DNA from: Chthoniobacterales bacterium
GTDB taxonomy: Bacteria; Verrucomicrobiota; Verrucomicrobiia; Chthoniobacterales; UBA10450
DNA length: 44,256 bases
Reading direction: 5' to 3'
Assembly (NCBI GenBank): GCA_045809825.1
Contig: JBJMXC010000010.1
Location: 1 to 44,256 of the forward strand
Shown here: positions 43,701 through 44,256 of the stretch, piece by piece
How the letters are laid out: each line of letters starts with the position of its first letter
Numbering within the stretch: position 1 is the stretch's first letter
Made by a program: the position numbers and the translations under genes
Notes under the pieces: generated by a model
What the model was told of the DNA's origin: nothing
What the model saw: the letters and a program-made list of their open reading frames with translations, nothing else
Database searches by the model: none

Positions 43701-44256
43701 GACCCGGTGCGTGCGCTCCCGCTACGGGGGGTCTGACAACGAATGCGACGCCGACTGCGGTCCTGGGTCAGCCGATCTCCGATACGGCGACGTTCACTGG
43801 CACCGCGACGGCTTCGGGTTCGATCACCTTCAGGTTGTTCGGCCCAGCCAACGGCACCTGCACTGGCGTGCCGATCTTCACATCGGTTGTACCCGTGAAT
43901 GGCAGTGGCACTTACGCCTCGCAGCCATTCACACCGCCTGTGCCCGGAACCTATAACTGGATCGCCAGCTACAGTGGCGATGCAAATAACCCGGCGGCGA
44001 CTGGAGCTTGCGGCGATCCGAATGAGTCCAGCACTGTGACCGCGCCAACACCGACGGCAACGCCGACGGCGACAGCGACGGCTACCGCGACTCCATCGGC
44101 CACGGCGACAGCGACAGCTACGGCAACGGCGACCCCGACGGCAACGCCAACGGCGACGCCGGCATCGCAGACGTTGAATCTGTCGACGCGGATGCGGACC
44201 GACACAGGCAATAACGTCGCCATCGGTGGGTTTACGATAACTGGGAGCGCGCCCAA
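40739..44256 (+). CDS. Giant secreted multidomain protein, paralog 2 (3' end outside window); NOT in the supplied ORF track
   Basis: I translated frame 2 by hand from the ATG at 40739 to the window end: 1172 sense codons and no stop. MSRYIKKTSLPITLVVLLLAATFIFRGEAQQ... DRMADRWIISQFNF... NFPDYPHFGTWRDGYYMT... NRWGDYQSLQVDPTDDCTFWTTNQY... GTVQGTITSCETGAPISG... SGSITFRLFGPANGTCTG... TPTATPTATATATATPSATATATATATATPTATPTATPASQTLNLSTRMRTDTGNNVAIGGFTITGSAP. Colinear with paralog 1. Confidence 0.85.
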   Translation, partial: MSRYIKKTSLPITLVVLLLAATFIFRGEAQQPKNQPAAVGSASKGSTVPLKPISAVAVAFAESDAVRDLPDADTVQGADILGDREGEEKNPDNVALAEFYRVRAAAYQAAHPELKYAAFPDAALKTAPPSPSLPAGPIISFDGMTANDGITTTGSIVAPSDQNIGVGPRDVVQTTNTGFRIYDKNGNQRFAPKAIKSLFSKLGGICGTFERGDPIAQHDRMADRWIISQFNFANSNAAPFYECIAVSKTSDPTGSYYIYAFQTPTETPPNPTPGPGQNFPDYPHFGTWRDGYYMTVNQFDRSKPTGQFNGTGVYAFDRTKMLLGDPSASFIYFNLNLTAHPEGIASMQPADIDGFTLPAAGQPCPFAYEISDEYENPPFNKDGLRMFDFHADFGTPANSTFTERAESPVLLAAYDPRMPEFESGTRAEVQQPPPAVNGTDSFNAISYHLMYRLQYRRLGNNENLTSGFTVNVSGVDPVSDVTYQAAFRYVQLRKTSAAGTYSVFDQGTFAPDPVDPLNGNDRCLPSAAIDNSGNLAVSYTTSGTATFPQIRYAGRDFNAAGIPAAGLGGEQTLFAGTGVQRATSNRWGDYQSLQVDPTDDCTFWTTNQYYNTTTLTFNWRTRIGAFKFPTCVAPDQGTVQGTITSCETGAPISGALIQFSNGFSTTSGPDGKYTIQLASGPVQTQTNYGMTVSNPSRLCTQSGTFTVPVAKDAVTVQDVCLNGLAEPVLDTSDPNAIVISGGNGNGKIGPSECNTMNIRLTNIGCATAKNLVATLVSNTPGVTIVPPGKSGYPNLAIDANGFNSIPFQISTSPSVGCQTLSFTINTTFDGGTTSTPFTVQADCSTAAPVPVTGSIDATDLKTTTGRLGRADPPASCTVLKTCSVLGTGGRSYDTQTFVNGPGAACITFTPGTGAGSGVILAGAYLGVFDPTNVCNNYLADQGAALQTFSFNVPANATFSIAIMEANAGTASTPYSYTISGISAVPTAGPGACAPATGGLTTNATPTAVLGQPISDTATFTGTATASGSITFRLFGPANGTCTGVPIFTSVVPVNGSGTYASQPFTPPVPGTYNWIASYSGDANNPAATGACGDPNESSTVTAPTPTATPTATATATATPSATATATATATATPTATPTATPASQTLNLSTRMRTDTGNNVAIGGFTITGSAP
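44041..44165 (+). repeat. Coding Thr/Ala/Pro hexamer-period microsatellite linker of paralog 2
   Basis: Same ACN-GCN/CCN periodicity as 38457-38605. Its antisense reading gives the spurious VAVGVAV ORF at 43969-44256. Confidence 0.9.

Noticed and set aside
1-44256. Search for defence islands, toxin-antitoxin pairs, secretion-system gene sets, transposases, phage genes and rRNA
   Set aside because: No translated ORF showed nuclease/helicase/methylase defence signatures, small paired TA-like genes, or recombinase motifs. Apart from the features listed, the window is core metabolism and envelope biogenesis.

Overview
GC-rich bacterial chromosomal window of 44.3 kb. Most of it is ordinary housekeeping: tRNA-Leu, rpmE-prfA-(cytosine deaminase)-prmC-murA, nfo, accA, kbl/tdh, cdsA-dxr-rseP and ybjQ-ispG. 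Four things are less ordinary. (1) The 3' end (35.1-44.3 kb) carries two paralogous giant secreted multidomain proteins, one of 1398 aa and one of at least 1172 aa. The second is an uninterrupted ORF that runs off the window and is absent from the supplied ORF track. Each paralog is preceded at exactly the same distance (115 nt) by a conserved 61-nt promoter-like block. Each carries a Thr/Ala/Pro microsatellite linker followed by a C-terminal module I cannot name; this module is present as a tandem pair in the complete first paralog, and only its start is visible in the second. (2) A co-directional cluster at 20.3-25.6 kb encodes an esterase, an ATP-grasp ligase, a GCS2 carboxylate-amine ligase, an M29 aminopeptidase and an ATP-grasp-like protein; its product is unknown. 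(3) Short-period tandem arrays of 6-7 nt occur throughout. Several have an AATC core and several are arranged as inverted pairs at gene junctions. Two are embedded in frame in essential genes (prmC and ispG). (4) A dual-receiver PATAN (DUF4388) response regulator heads a tightly packed six-gene operon. I saw no CRISPR array, transposase, integrase, prophage, or recognisable defence or toxin-antitoxin system. No single compact novel system stands out beyond doubt; the giant-paralog locus and the amidoligase cluster are the best candidates. Taxon cannot be established from the sequence alone. The repeat style and TPTATA linkers suggest a soil Verrucomicrobiota/Acidobacteriota-like genome, but that is a guess. 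All family assignments come from reading the translations by eye and from memory; no searches were run.
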